This document shows positions 36,424-46,172 of a stretch of 64,000 nucleotides of DNA, one piece after another. Positions within the stretch are counted from its first letter, which is position 1, and each line of letters begins with the position of its first letter. The notes beneath the pieces are model-generated. The model saw only the letters and a list, made by a program, of their open reading frames with translations. It had not been told where the DNA came from and did not search any database. Source of the stretch: Candidatus Saccharimonadota bacterium (GTDB lineage Bacteria > Patescibacteriota > Saccharimonadia > Saccharimonadales > UBA10212); the NCBI GenBank assembly GCA_013815775.1, contig JACDFN010000001.1:241858-305857 (forward strand), in the 5' to 3' direction. The position numbers were made by a program, and so were the translations under genes.

Positions 36424-38055
36424 TTAACTTCGGGGGAGATGCTCGTGGCGGTGCGCCAGATTATACTCACCGCGCATTAGTCCCTTTACTTCTTCTCTGG
36501 TGGCCGATTTTACACCGGGGTTTAAGATGCCATAGGGGTCGAAGATCTTTTTTACTTGCTCCATAACATGGTACAGGTCCCGGCCGTACATTCGCTCTAC
36601 GTACGGTGCCCGAACCCGGCCATCTCCGGCCGACGCCGTAATGCTGCCGCCCATTTCTATAACGGTAGAATAAATACTCTCGGCAACCCTAAACAGCTTT
36701 TGACGGTCGCCCGTTTGGCCTAAATCTAGCATTGGCTGCATGCGAACTATACCGTCCCCGGCATGCCCCCATGCGGCGGCAACTAGACCGGCATTGCCGT
36801 ATATTTCTGCTGCCTTTTGAAGAAACTCTGCCAGATGAGTTAGCGGCACAGACACATCCTCTGCAACCGGAACTGCTTTGCTTTGGCCCTGGCTGTGCAT
36901 GAGTATGGTGGAAACGCTTTCCCGAATTTTCCAGATTTTTTCTTGCTCGCTTACCCGAGAGTCATGCGTAATATAGCCGTCAACTTTTTCGACAATTTTT
37001 TGAAGTTTTTTAATGGCCCTCTTTTGGCTGAGGTCTTTTTGAAAGTCAAACTCTACAAATAAATGTATAGCCGAAGCCGGGTGGTCTACCAGGCCAGCCA
37101 AAAGGTGAGGGTTAAGGCGTGAAACTTGCTGAATGGCAGACTTGCTAACCATATCAAAAATACTGGGCTCTAGCTCTAAGATTTTAGGAAGTACATCATG
37201 AAAATCCTTTAAGTCCTGCAAGCTTACCATGGCTAAGTGAGTTGAGGGGTTGTGTGGAATAACATCAAGCGTGGCTTCGGTGATAATACCCAAAGTGCCC
37301 TGGGAGCCAATGAAAAGAGGAGCCAGATCTATCCCGTCTTTGTTTTTTACATCAAAGACATTGTAGCCAGCCGCATTGTGGATTGCTTTTAGCCTATTTC
37401 TGCCCTCGCCTATAATTTGCTCGTTATCTTCCAGTAGCCCGTCAATGGCCCGATATATTTCGCCCTCAAAAGAAGACATGCCAAGTTTTTTATTAAGTTC
37501 TTTCTTACCAATGCGACCGGTTTCTATTACCTCTCCGTTAGCCAAAACTACCCTAAGTTGCCGCACGTGTCTGCCAAGGGGACCGTATTTTACCGATTTT
37601 TCACCAACGGCGTTGTTGGCTATAGAGCCTCCAAGGGTAGCGTAGTGGCTGGAGGTGGGATAGGAAGGTAAGAATAAACCGTGGGTGTAGAGCACTTGCT
37701 CTAGCTTGTCGAAATTGACTCCGGGCTCTACCGTAATCATCTCTTTTTTAGTGTCAAAACTTAAAATTCGGTTGGTATGGGCAGTAAAAACTAGCATTAT
37801 TCCGCTGCCAAGAGCGGCGCCTGAAGTATCGCTACCGCCGCCTCGGGCAGTAATGGGCAATACCCGCCCCCGTTCGGCTAACTGCCAGCAAAAGCGGGCT
37901 GTCTTTCTGACGTCGTTTTCGTTTCTGGGGTAGGCGACTATGGCCGGAGCCAGCCGTAAAATACTGGCATCGTGGGCAAAATGTCTTCTTACCTCTGGGC
38001 TGGCGGTAACTTCACCTAAAAGATGTTCTTGTAAATAGTGGGCGACCTTACTCAT
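36424..38055 (-). CDS. FAD-linked oxidase (GlcD / D-lactate dehydrogenase family, PCMH-type FAD-binding domain)
   Basis: FAD_binding_4-like N-domain (RGGGSDTSGAALGS...; LGGSIANNAVGEKSVKYG) and C-terminal oxidase domain. Confidence 0.8.
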   Translation of the reverse strand: MSKVAHYLQEHLLGEVTASPEVRRHFAHDASILRLAPAIVAYPRNENDVRKTARFCWQLAERGRVLPITARGGGSDTSGAALGSGIMLVFTAHTNRILSFDTKKEMITVEPGVNFDKLEQVLYTHGLFLPSYPTSSHYATLGGSIANNAVGEKSVKYGPLGRHVRQLRVVLANGEVIETGRIGKKELNKKLGMSSFEGEIYRAIDGLLEDNEQIIGEGRNRLKAIHNAAGYNVFDVKNKDGIDLAPLFIGSQGTLGIITEATLDVIPHNPSTHLAMVSLQDLKDFHDVLPKILELEPSIFDMVSKSAIQQVSRLNPHLLAGLVDHPASAIHLFVEFDFQKDLSQKRAIKKLQKIVEKVDGYITHDSRVSEQEKIWKIRESVSTILMHSQGQSKAVPVAEDVSVPLTHLAEFLQKAAEIYGNAGLVAAAWGHAGDGIVRMQPMLDLGQTGDRQKLFRVAESIYSTVIEMGGSITASAGDGRVRAPYVERMYGRDLYHVMEQVKKIFDPYGILNPGVKSATREEVKGLMRGEYNLAHRHEHLPRS

Positions 38056-38181
38056 TTAGAAACAGGACCTCTTTGATGTATCAGCTTATGCTTGTTATAT
38101 ATGCCTTAATATACCACGTTCACCTTGTCATGGTCAGGGAGCTGGAGTACAATTACTGCGCAATTTAAGCTGTTCATGCGA

Positions 38182-38268
38182 GGGCGAATGGCGGAATTGG
38201 TAGACGCGCTACGTTCAGGACGTAGTGAGTGCAAACTCGTGGAGGTTCAAGTCCTCTTTCGCCCACCA
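38182..38268 (+). tRNA. tRNA-Leu(CAG), type II
   Basis: Acceptor GGGCGAA/TTCGCCC, D-arm GGCGGAATTGGTAGACGC, anticodon loop UUCAGGA, long variable arm, CCA. Confidence 0.85.
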
Positions 38269-38312
38269 TCAAATTAAAGCTTCTCCCGCTTGGAGATTTT
38301 GTATATAGAAAT

Positions 38313-39458
38313 TTAGCGGAAAATGCGCCAACGTAGGGCTGGAGCATTAATATCTTGGGCAAGCACTGCTGCAACTTGTTGCTTTTGATTACCGGAGCTT
38401 ACTTCTACAGTCCCTACCTGGCTGCCTTTTTTAATGGGAGTTTCTTGTGGATTAAGACTTGTGGTGAACTTAGTTTTAGATCCTTTCCACCTAAACACCG
38501 AGATATTTTCCTTGGCGTGGGCTGTAACCTTTCCGCCCCAAGCAACTGTGTACTCTCCTAGGCTTTGTCCTTTTTGGACCACAACGACTTCTTCGAACCC
38601 AGTGTCGCTGGCCCTGAGTAATGCTCGGGAGTCTACCATAGCGGTAGTTAGATTTGGCGCCCCCATAACTGCGCCAATGGTAGTTATTTGGTGTCCGGAC
38701 ACCACTCTTTTAGAAGCTACTAGATAGCAACCTCCGGCACCCTCGGTGTTACCTGTCTTTATTCCGACTATGCCGTCTTGGTTAAGCTGTCTATTTACGT
38801 TTCTAATTAACCCGGCTACCGGGATTGTTGCTTCCGGCTGGTTCACTATATCCGCAATTACGGGATTATTTAGAGCTAGTTCGCCTACTTTAACCAGATT
38901 ATTGGCTGTGCTGATGGTTTGGTCAGAAAAGCCTGTGGCGTCGGCTATTTTAGTATCAGTAAGTCCCTGGGCCTGAACGTATTGATTAGAACTCTTTAAA
39001 TAATTATCAACCGACCCAAAGGCCCAAACGGCGAGCGTATCGGCTATATTGTTGGCCGAAGGTAAAAGCAAGGCCTGGAGCGCCTGGTACTGGCTAATTT
39101 GGGACCCCACCGCTACCTGGGTAACCGAGCCACCCAAGGCGTAATATTTTTCATACAAGGCCGCATCGGCATCAGTTAAAGAAATTGCTGGTCCTTGGCT
39201 TCCTGGCTGCAGGGGTTTTTGTTTCAAGACTACAAGCGCTGTTATTACCTTAGCGGTGCTTGCCATGGGAGCGGACTTCTGAGAACCGCTACTGGCTAGG
39301 ACTCCGTGGCCTACTGCCCCAATAGCCGACTGCCCATAAGCGGGCCAGGGCAGACTAACGGCTGCTGCGGCGGGTAAAGTTGGCACCAAGCCTGTAGCCG
39401 CTGCCTGCGGAATGGGACGTGCGTAAGCAAATACCAGCAAAGCTATCAGCAACGACAA
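38313..39458 (-). CDS. D-alanyl-D-alanine carboxypeptidase (PBP5/DacA-like, S11 peptidase)
   Basis: Signal peptide, SxxK (ASTAK) and KTG (GIKTGNT) motifs, C-terminal beta-sandwich domain. Confidence 0.75.
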   Translation of the reverse strand: MSLLIALLVFAYARPIPQAAATGLVPTLPAAAAVSLPWPAYGQSAIGAVGHGVLASSGSQKSAPMASTAKVITALVVLKQKPLQPGSQGPAISLTDADAALYEKYYALGGSVTQVAVGSQISQYQALQALLLPSANNIADTLAVWAFGSVDNYLKSSNQYVQAQGLTDTKIADATGFSDQTISTANNLVKVGELALNNPVIADIVNQPEATIPVAGLIRNVNRQLNQDGIVGIKTGNTEGAGGCYLVASKRVVSGHQITTIGAVMGAPNLTTAMVDSRALLRASDTGFEEVVVVQKGQSLGEYTVAWGGKVTAHAKENISVFRWKGSKTKFTTSLNPQETPIKKGSQVGTVEVSSGNQKQQVAAVLAQDINAPALRWRIFR

Positions 39459-39606
39459 AATACCGACTTCAAGCTTCTTTATTTTTAGAATTCCTTTCGT
39501 GCTTATATCCTAGTCTCATAATACAACCTTACACCTATTTACCCCTTATATTTTCGGTAGATTTACTGTATAATTAAGATTAAATAAGGAGTTTGCAAAG
39601 GATACC

Positions 39607-40191
39607 ATGACACCAATTATTACAATAGCCATCATTCTAGTTTTGCTTGCGGCTGTAGTCTTCATTTATAACAGTCTAGTGCGGGTTAAAATCCGGGTTG
39701 ACGAAGCCTGGAGCGACATAACTGTTCAAATGAAGCGCCGCTATGATTTAATACCCAACCTAATTAACACTGTAAAGGGTTATGCTAAGCACGAAAGGGA
39801 AGTTTTTGAGAAAGTAACCGAAACAAGGGCCCAAGCAATGAGCGCCCAATCAGTTGGCGAAGTTGCCGAAACGGACAATCAGTTTCAGGCAGCCCTAAAG
39901 AGCCTGTTTGCGGTGGCTGAAGCTTATCCTGACTTGAAAGCTAATGAGAACTTTCAGCACCTGCAGGCAGAGCTTGTGGATACTGAAGATAAAATTCAAG
40001 CGGCTCGACGTTTTTATAACGGCGCCGTCCGCGACCTGAACATTAAAATCCAAAGCTTGCCCACAAATTTCTTTGCCAACATATTAGGCTTTAAAGAGCG
40101 GGAATTTTTTGAAGTTGATGCTGGTGAGAGCGCTTCTGTGGAGCAACCCGTTAAAGTAGACTTTTCGGCTGATGCCGCACCTAAGAAATAA
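39607..40191 (+). CDS. lemA: LemA family protein
   Basis: N-terminal TM and LemA core (YNSLVRVKIRVDEAWSDITVQMKRRYDLIPNL). Confidence 0.85.
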   Translation: MTPIITIAIILVLLAAVVFIYNSLVRVKIRVDEAWSDITVQMKRRYDLIPNLINTVKGYAKHEREVFEKVTETRAQAMSAQSVGEVAETDNQFQAALKSLFAVAEAYPDLKANENFQHLQAELVDTEDKIQAARRFYNGAVRDLNIKIQSLPTNFFANILGFKEREFFEVDAGESASVEQPVKVDFSADAAPKK

Positions 40192-40212
40192 TTAGCAGAC
40201 TTTAAAGAAACA

Positions 40213-41082
40213 ATGTACAACCAAATTTCTAGCAATAAACGACGCACTGTTTTCCTTCTTTTAGGGTTTGTGATTATTTTATGGGGGCTTGCATACGTAA
40301 TAAGCAAAGCCACCGGAGAGCCTGGTCTACTCTTTATAATTGGCCTTTTTTCTTTAAGCTATGCGCTTTTTAGTTATTTCGTAGGGAGTCGTATGGCCCT
40401 GGCTATTAACGGGGCCAAGGAAATATCTAAAAAAGACAACCCCCGCTTATGGCGGATAGTTGAAAACCTGGCTATTACCGAAGGTATGCCCATGCCCAAG
40501 GTTTATGTAATGGATGATCCGGCGCCAAACGCTTTTGCCACTGGCCGTAAACCGGACAAATCAGTTGTAGCCGCTACCACCGGACTGTTAAAAATAATGA
40601 ATGATTCTGAGCTTGAGGGTGTTATGGCCCACGAGCTAGGCCACATTAAAAATTACGATATGAGAGTTAATACAATTGCATTCGCCCTGGTTGGAATAAT
40701 TGCTATGATAGGTGACTTTTTCCTGCGGATATCTTTATTTGGACGGGACCGCAACAGTAATGGGAACCAACTTTTTATGGTAATTGCAATTGTGGCGGTT
40801 ATAGTTGCACCAATTGCGGCTACGCTCATTCAGCTGGCAATTAGCCGCCGCCGTGAATTCTTAGCCGACGCAACGGGAGCCCTTACCACTAGATATCCCG
40901 AAGGTTTAGCCAATGCACTGCGAAAAATTGGAAAATATGGAAGCGCTACAAAAAAACAAAACACTGCAACGGCTCACATGTTTTTCGCCAACCCATTGTC
41001 CGGAAAAGTCATAGCCGGGCTGTTTAGCACTCATCCACCGGTTGAGCAACGGGTCAAAATTTTGCTTGAGATGAAGCTTTAA
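40213..41082 (+). CDS. htpX: M48-family zinc metalloprotease HtpX
   Basis: HELGHIKNYD (HExxH) with 4 TM helices; LemA-HtpX pairing. Confidence 0.85.
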   Translation: MYNQISSNKRRTVFLLLGFVIILWGLAYVISKATGEPGLLFIIGLFSLSYALFSYFVGSRMALAINGAKEISKKDNPRLWRIVENLAITEGMPMPKVYVMDDPAPNAFATGRKPDKSVVAATTGLLKIMNDSELEGVMAHELGHIKNYDMRVNTIAFALVGIIAMIGDFFLRISLFGRDRNSNGNQLFMVIAIVAVIVAPIAATLIQLAISRRREFLADATGALTTRYPEGLANALRKIGKYGSATKKQNTATAHMFFANPLSGKVIAGLFSTHPPVEQRVKILLEMKL

Positions 41083-41108
41083 GGCACATCTCAGATATAA
41101 TAATCTTT

Positions 41109-42044
41109 ATGGTGAAGGCTGGAAAAAACAAGCGGCCTGGGAGTAAGATTTCCAAGACATCCCAGAAAAAAAAGGCTACTCAAAAAGCCGCTAGTAAACC
41201 GGTTAAGAGAGTAGTCCATGAGGTTACAAAGATTCCCGGCAGTTTTTATTTAACGAAGTATGTGCTGGGAATATTCAAGCAGAACTGGAGAGTCCTTGGC
41301 GGTATTACGCTTATTTACGTATTAGTTAATTCCCTTTTCGCCAACGGTATTTCTAACTTTACGTCAGCGCTAACTAGCATTGATGACAATACTGGGGCGG
41401 GCAGCGGCACAGTCTTTGGGGCGTTAAATGGGTTTGCCGGTCTGCTGGGGGGTAATGGTTCGCCAACCGGTTCGGCACTGCAGACGGTGCTTGTGATTAT
41501 TGAGAGCTTGGTAATTATTTGGGCGCTGAGGCACCTGGTTGCAGGAAAGCCTATCAGCATAAAGCAGGCTTATTACCACTCTATGGGCCCGCTAGTACCA
41601 TTCGTAATTGTTTTATCGGTTATTGTCATTCAGTTAATACCCCTGACGTTAGGCACCGCGGCCCTCGGGGTCGTCTTATCTAGTGTTTTTACCAGCGAGT
41701 CTTTAGTAATAATTCTTTTCAGCATTTTGTTTACTATTTTGGCCGCTTGGTCGCTTTATATGTTAACCAGCTCTGTACTGGCTCTTTATATTGTTACACT
41801 GCCAGACATGCACCCCAGGCAGGCTCTGCGCGCCGCCAAAAGTCTGGTTAAATCACGCCGCTGGCAACTGATGCGCAGGTTGGTTTACGTACCTCTCTTT
41901 ATTCTCGTGGTCATGGCGGCGGTTGTTTTGCCTCTGGCCATCTTGCTGCCCTGGGCTGCGGTAATTGCTTATTATCTAATTGGGGCGCTGTCTATTTTGT
42001 TTGTACATACCTTTTTGTACAGCCTTTACCGGAGCTTAATATGA
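41109..42044 (+). CDS. hypothetical polytopic membrane protein with a Lys-rich N-terminus, ATGA-coupled to ligA
   Basis: 311 aa, ~6 TM helices. Confidence 0.55.
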   Translation: MVKAGKNKRPGSKISKTSQKKKATQKAASKPVKRVVHEVTKIPGSFYLTKYVLGIFKQNWRVLGGITLIYVLVNSLFANGISNFTSALTSIDDNTGAGSGTVFGALNGFAGLLGGNGSPTGSALQTVLVIIESLVIIWALRHLVAGKPISIKQAYYHSMGPLVPFVIVLSVIVIQLIPLTLGTAALGVVLSSVFTSESLVIILFSILFTILAAWSLYMLTSSVLALYIVTLPDMHPRQALRAAKSLVKSRRWQLMRRLVYVPLFILVVMAAVVLPLAILLPWAAVIAYYLIGALSILFVHTFLYSLYRSLI

Positions 42045-44059
42045 CGAATCCTAAAGATAGAGCCGCCAAGCTAAGAGATTTGATTAACAACTACCGTTAT
42101 AACTATCACGTGCTCAACAAGTCCATTATGAGTGAAGCGGCAGCCGACAGCCTAAAGCATGAGCTGACTCAAATAGAAACTGAAAATCCAGAACTTATAA
42201 CTCCAGACTCGCCGACGCAGCGCGTAGCCGGCAGGCCCCTGCCAGGATTTTCTCAGATTAAACATTCAAGCCGGATGCTCAGTCTAAACGATGTGTTTGA
42301 TGAAGCAGAACTTGGAGCATGGGTTAAACGGATAACCAAACTTTTACCTTCCGATACCAAGCTTGAATATTTCATGGACCTAAAAATGGACGGCTTGGCA
42401 GCGGCTCTTATTTACGAAGATGGAATCTTAAAACAGGCCGTTACCCGTGGGGACGGTTTTGTAGGCGAGGATGTTACGGCTAACGTGCGAACGATAGAGT
42501 CTGTTCCGCTTCGGTTGCGAGAATCTAGCCACCATGCAGACTTTCTGGAAGGCCGAACCGAAGTACGCGGTGAAATTGTAATGTATAAAAAAGACTTCCA
42601 AGCTTTGAACAAACAACGACAAGTCGTGAGCTTACCAACTTTTGCAAACCCCCGAAACCTTGCCGCCGGAACTATTCGACAGCTTGATCCGCAGCTGGTA
42701 GCTGCCCGACCGCTTCAATTCCATGCCTATGACGTTATGCGCGAGCACCCCGAAGAAGTACCCACCAACAAGTTTGCCTACGAAGCCCTTAGAAGTCTTG
42801 GTTTGGTGGCTAATTCGGTGGCTACTTCTGCACATTCTGTAAAGGAAATTTTAAATTTTGCCAGAACCTGGGAGAAAAAGCGTCAAAAACTGCCTTTTAA
42901 CACAGACGGCCTTGTAGTGAAAATCAATGACAGGGTTATTTATGATCAACTAGGTGTGGTTGGTAAGGCGCCACGTGGTGCTGTGGCCTTTAAATATCCC
43001 GCAGAGCAGGCGACAACCAAAGTAAAAGATATATTTGTAAGCATTGGCCGCACCGGAGCTGCTACGCCGGTTGCCATGCTGGAACCTGTAGTTGTTGCTG
43101 GCAGTACGGTGCAAATGGCTACACTGCACAACGAGGGAGAAATAAGCCGTAAAGACATTAGGGTGGGTGACAGCGTTATAGTTCAAAAAGCCGGCGATGT
43201 AATACCTGAGGTGGTACGCCCTTTAAAGGAGCTTAGAGACGGCACAGAAAAGACTTTTGAAATGCCTAAAAATTGCCCAGAATGCGCCACGAAACTTATA
43301 AAAGCAAAAGAAACTGAGGCTATATGGCGTTGTCCAAATAATTCTTGTCCATCCAGGGCCTGGAAGACTATTCAACATTTTGCTTCTAAAGCAGCATTAG
43401 ACATAGAAGGACTTGGCGAGAAGAACGTAATTGCTTTGATTAAAGCTAACCTTGTTAAGGACCCAGCCGAACTCTATAACCTTAACAAGGATGATGTCCT
43501 TAAGCTTGAACGATTCGCCGAAATCTCTGCAGGAAAGCTAGTCAATGCAATCAAGGCCAAAAAACAACCCGACTTGGCAAGATTTATATACGGACTGGGT
43601 ATCCGCCACGTAGGTGTCCAAACCGCAATTGATTTAGCCGCTACCTTTAAATCGCTTAACAAGTTAAGTAATTCTACAATTGACGAGCTTAGCAGAGTGG
43701 AAGGAATAGGCGAGGTGGTTGCCGAGTCTGTGGTGGAATGGTTTTCGCGTCCTTCCAATCAAAAACTTCTAGCCAAATTTGAAAAAAATGGAGTAAAGCC
43801 GCAGAAATCCCACGAAGTGTCGGGTCCTCTGCTGGGCCTAAGTTTTGTGATAACAGGCAATATTGATTCCATGAGCCGTGAACAGGCTGCCGATAAAATA
43901 CGTGAGCTGGGCGGGACTTTTCAAAGCTCGGTAGGAAAGGGCACTAGCTACTTGGTAGTGGGTGAAAACGTTGGAAGCAACAAATTGGATAAAGCCCGTA
44001 AACTGGGCACGAAACTAATAGACGAAAAAGAACTCATGCGGATGCTTGACAAAGCATAA
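42041..44059 (+). CDS. ligA: NAD-dependent DNA ligase LigA
   Basis: Adenylation motif KMDGLAA, OB/Zn-finger cysteines, HhH and a C-terminal BRCT domain. Confidence 0.95.
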   Translation: MTNPKDRAAKLRDLINNYRYNYHVLNKSIMSEAAADSLKHELTQIETENPELITPDSPTQRVAGRPLPGFSQIKHSSRMLSLNDVFDEAELGAWVKRITKLLPSDTKLEYFMDLKMDGLAAALIYEDGILKQAVTRGDGFVGEDVTANVRTIESVPLRLRESSHHADFLEGRTEVRGEIVMYKKDFQALNKQRQVVSLPTFANPRNLAAGTIRQLDPQLVAARPLQFHAYDVMREHPEEVPTNKFAYEALRSLGLVANSVATSAHSVKEILNFARTWEKKRQKLPFNTDGLVVKINDRVIYDQLGVVGKAPRGAVAFKYPAEQATTKVKDIFVSIGRTGAATPVAMLEPVVVAGSTVQMATLHNEGEISRKDIRVGDSVIVQKAGDVIPEVVRPLKELRDGTEKTFEMPKNCPECATKLIKAKETEAIWRCPNNSCPSRAWKTIQHFASKAALDIEGLGEKNVIALIKANLVKDPAELYNLNKDDVLKLERFAEISAGKLVNAIKAKKQPDLARFIYGLGIRHVGVQTAIDLAATFKSLNKLSNSTIDELSRVEGIGEVVAESVVEWFSRPSNQKLLAKFEKNGVKPQKSHEVSGPLLGLSFVITGNIDSMSREQAADKIRELGGTFQSSVGKGTSYLVVGENVGSNKLDKARKLGTKLIDEKELMRMLDKA

Positions 44060-44081
44060 GCGGGTAACGTGTAATAGTGTT

Positions 44082-44235
44082 AGCTTCGCGCACCGGGCCC
44101 GCGCCTTCGGCGTGCGAATAATAAACAGATCTAAAACCAAAGATCAAAACAAACAGCCTAACCCGGGCCCCTCGGGTGGGCTGCGCGAAGTAAAGCAAAA
44201 CCATCCGCTCTTTTTCGCAAGGAGCGGATTTTTGC
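44082..44235 (+). ncRNA. candidate ~150-nt structured small RNA of unknown class with its own promoter and terminator
   Basis: Promoter TTGACA-18-TGTAAT (44046..44075). A 9-bp closing helix cttcgcgca/tgcgcgaag encloses two GC-rich hairpins (one with a UUCG loop) and an A/C-rich single-stranded stretch. Terminator atccgct-N13-agcggat plus TTTTT (44203..44234). Confidence 0.35.
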
Positions 44236-44375
44236 ACTAATTTGACAATTTTGTAAGCCAAGTAGACACTTGCTTGCAAAATTGAGAGGAAGGTCCGACT
44301 ATAAAGTGAGCTAAGATTTTAGAATCACCAGTGATGTAAGAGCTTAGGGAACAAAAAAAGTCGAGACCTGACGAA

Positions 44376-44452
44376 GGGGCATTAGCTCAGATGGCTAGAG
44401 CGCTACATTCGCATTGTAGAGGTCGGCGGTTCGACTCCGCCATGCTCCACCA
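44376..44452 (+). tRNA. tRNA-Ala(CGC) with G3:U70
   Basis: Acceptor GGGGCAT/ATGCTCC, anticodon loop UUCGCAU, T-arm GGCGG-TTCGACT-CCGCC, CCA. Confidence 0.85.
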
Positions 44453-44467
44453 AGCAGCGATAATTCG

Positions 44468-44992
44468 CTATGCAGCTCCTGGTTCAGGGCTTTTGTTAAC
44501 ATTCTTGAGGTAGTAATCAGTCAAGGTCTTCTCGTTGTACGAGTCAAGCTTTAATATTCTATTCCAAGACCTTATAATAATTAATCTATCGTTTTTACTT
44601 CCCGGCATTACAATTGCCTTACTGGGAGTAAATTTTGGGTTTGAATATGGCTTGCTAAATATCTTTTCCAGCTTTTCAATCGTAGCTTTGGGCATGTCCG
44701 GTCTATAGGAAATAACCAGTCCGCCATGCTCCATGTTGTGAACTACTATTTCGTTGGGTATTTCTTGTTTGTAGGCTGCCCAGGGAGCGGGTTGTTCGGC
44801 GTGGGTACCTGAAGTCGGGAACACTGTGCTGTAATTGAAAGTTTGACCTTGTGCAAGGTGCTGGCGACCTTTATCTGGTTGCTTTTGGCCTTCCGGCACT
44901 TTAGAGCTGGAGCTGTCTTTATTAAGCACGGCAAAGCCAGTGAAGCTCAGTATCAAAACGAACATAATGGCGTAAAAAATTTTATTACTCAT
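44468..44992 (-). CDS. DUF3105-like secreted/membrane-anchored protein
   Basis: N-terminal TM and the VHNMEHGGLVISY motif typical of DUF3105. Confidence 0.55.
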   Translation of the reverse strand: MSNKIFYAIMFVLILSFTGFAVLNKDSSSSKVPEGQKQPDKGRQHLAQGQTFNYSTVFPTSGTHAEQPAPWAAYKQEIPNEIVVHNMEHGGLVISYRPDMPKATIEKLEKIFSKPYSNPKFTPSKAIVMPGSKNDRLIIIRSWNRILKLDSYNEKTLTDYYLKNVNKSPEPGAA

Positions 44993-45005
44993 TCTTAATC
45001 TCCCT

Positions 45006-45398
45006 CTACTGCATTATATGCACATCGTGAGATTTAGGCACATCTTTATATCCAAAGTCGCCTTGCCAAGTTTGCATCATATCTATTTCCATTGACTGGG
45101 CAGACATAATTTCCTGACCGAGCTTTTTTAATTCATCGTGCTTAGCATTGGTTTGAGTTAATTTAGCCATTTCAATTGCGCCTTCGTGGTGAGCAATCAT
45201 TTCTTTCAAAAATGCCTTATCAAAGTTATCTCCTTTTAGAGCCTTCAATTCGTTTAAAACTTCTTCATTGTGCTGAGAAGTCGAAGGACTTTTCGAGTTT
45301 CTCTCAGACTGGTCATCGCCTAGGTAATAAGCTGATGAAACAACCAGACCTCCTAAGATAAACCCGATAACTCCACCTAGTAATGCTTTTGGTACCAT
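45006..45398 (-). CDS. DUF305-family metal-binding protein
   Basis: N-terminal TM and MIAHHEGAIEMA (DUF305 HH..A..MA signature). Confidence 0.7.
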   Translation of the reverse strand: MVPKALLGGVIGFILGGLVVSSAYYLGDDQSERNSKSPSTSQHNEEVLNELKALKGDNFDKAFLKEMIAHHEGAIEMAKLTQTNAKHDELKKLGQEIMSAQSMEIDMMQTWQGDFGYKDVPKSHDVHIMQ

Positions 45399-45419
45399 AA
45401 AAATATTCTCCTTTAACTT

Positions 45420-45695
45420 TTATAACATTCTACTAATTGCCCCAACCAATTCATCAGCCTTGTCTATTCCATCTTTCGACTGGTTTTGATTACTAGTGAG
45501 ACAGTGCCGGGCATGGCCGCGCAGAAGCTCTAAGGCAACCTTATCTAAAGCGGCCTGAGCGGCGCTAATTTGGGTAAGAACGTCAATACAATATTTATCG
45601 TCTTGAACCATTTTAGAGATGCCTCGTACCTGGCCTTCAACTCTGTTTAGCCGCTTTTGCAGAGGGTCTTTTGTATCATAGTATCCGTACTTCAT
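45420..45695 (-). CDS. csoR: CsoR/RcnR-family metal-sensing transcriptional repressor
   Basis: 91 aa; RLNRVEGQVRGI, YCIDVLTQISA and H..HC residues consistent with the Cu(I)-sensing C-H-C triad. Confidence 0.75.
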   Translation of the reverse strand: MKYGYYDTKDPLQKRLNRVEGQVRGISKMVQDDKYCIDVLTQISAAQAALDKVALELLRGHARHCLTSNQNQSKDGIDKADELVGAISRML

Positions 45696-45705
45696 AGTTT
45701 CTCCA

Positions 45706-46155
45706 TTAATGATTATGATGGTGTTGGTGCGCTAGGGCGTGGCCCTTGCCTCGCTTAATAAGGTAGTTATTAACCGGTAGTGCAGCAAAGAAGGCAGCAG
45801 TCAACGCTAAAGCCAGCGCCAACCAGAACACAGGGTTAACCAACCCGGCATTCATAGCCCCGGGGACGGCTAGCATCACCGAATTGTCTACGATTTCCAT
45901 GGTCGCAATGGAGAGAGTGTCAGCTGCAAAGGCAATCGACAAGGCCGCACCCAAGGTCAGACCCCCTTTGAGCAGAGGCAGTAAAGATAGAGTGTAACCA
46001 AACAAGAAAGCTAGAGTAACCGCTAAGACAATGGTAACGATATTACTTAGACCGAGCGCAGTTCCGATTAAAAGCCCGAGTACCTCTCCAATCGCACAGC
46101 CTGTCAAGCAGTGAAGGGTGGCGCTAACGGCAATACTGTTTTTAAGCATCTTCAT
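45706..46155 (-). CDS. DUF4396-family membrane protein with a His-rich C-tail (start at MKMLKNS)
   Basis: HCLTGCAIGEVLG motif and C-terminal HALAHQHHHNH. The start is placed downstream of the track start because the operator palindrome abuts it. Confidence 0.65.
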   Translation of the reverse strand: MKMLKNSIAVSATLHCLTGCAIGEVLGLLIGTALGLSNIVTIVLAVTLAFLFGYTLSLLPLLKGGLTLGAALSIAFAADTLSIATMEIVDNSVMLAVPGAMNAGLVNPVFWLALALALTAAFFAALPVNNYLIKRGKGHALAHQHHHNH

Positions 46156-46172
46156 ATACCCCCCTAGGGTAT
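46156..46172 (-). promoter_or_regulatory. candidate CsoR operator: ATACCC-N5-GGGTAT GC-tract inverted repeat abutting the first gene of the csoR operon
   Basis: atacccccctagggtat, read directly from the sequence. Confidence 0.45.

Noticed and set aside
38174-38374. 66-aa minus-strand ORF
   Set aside because: It overlaps the tRNA-Leu(CAG) gene on the opposite strand. It is a tRNA antisense artefact.
44082-44235. Identity of the ligA-proximal RNA as SRP (4.5S) RNA, 6S RNA or tmRNA
   Set aside because: There is no GGAA-tetraloop or AGCAG domain-IV motif, no central-bubble architecture and no tRNA-like 3' end. It is left as an unknown-class candidate rather than named.
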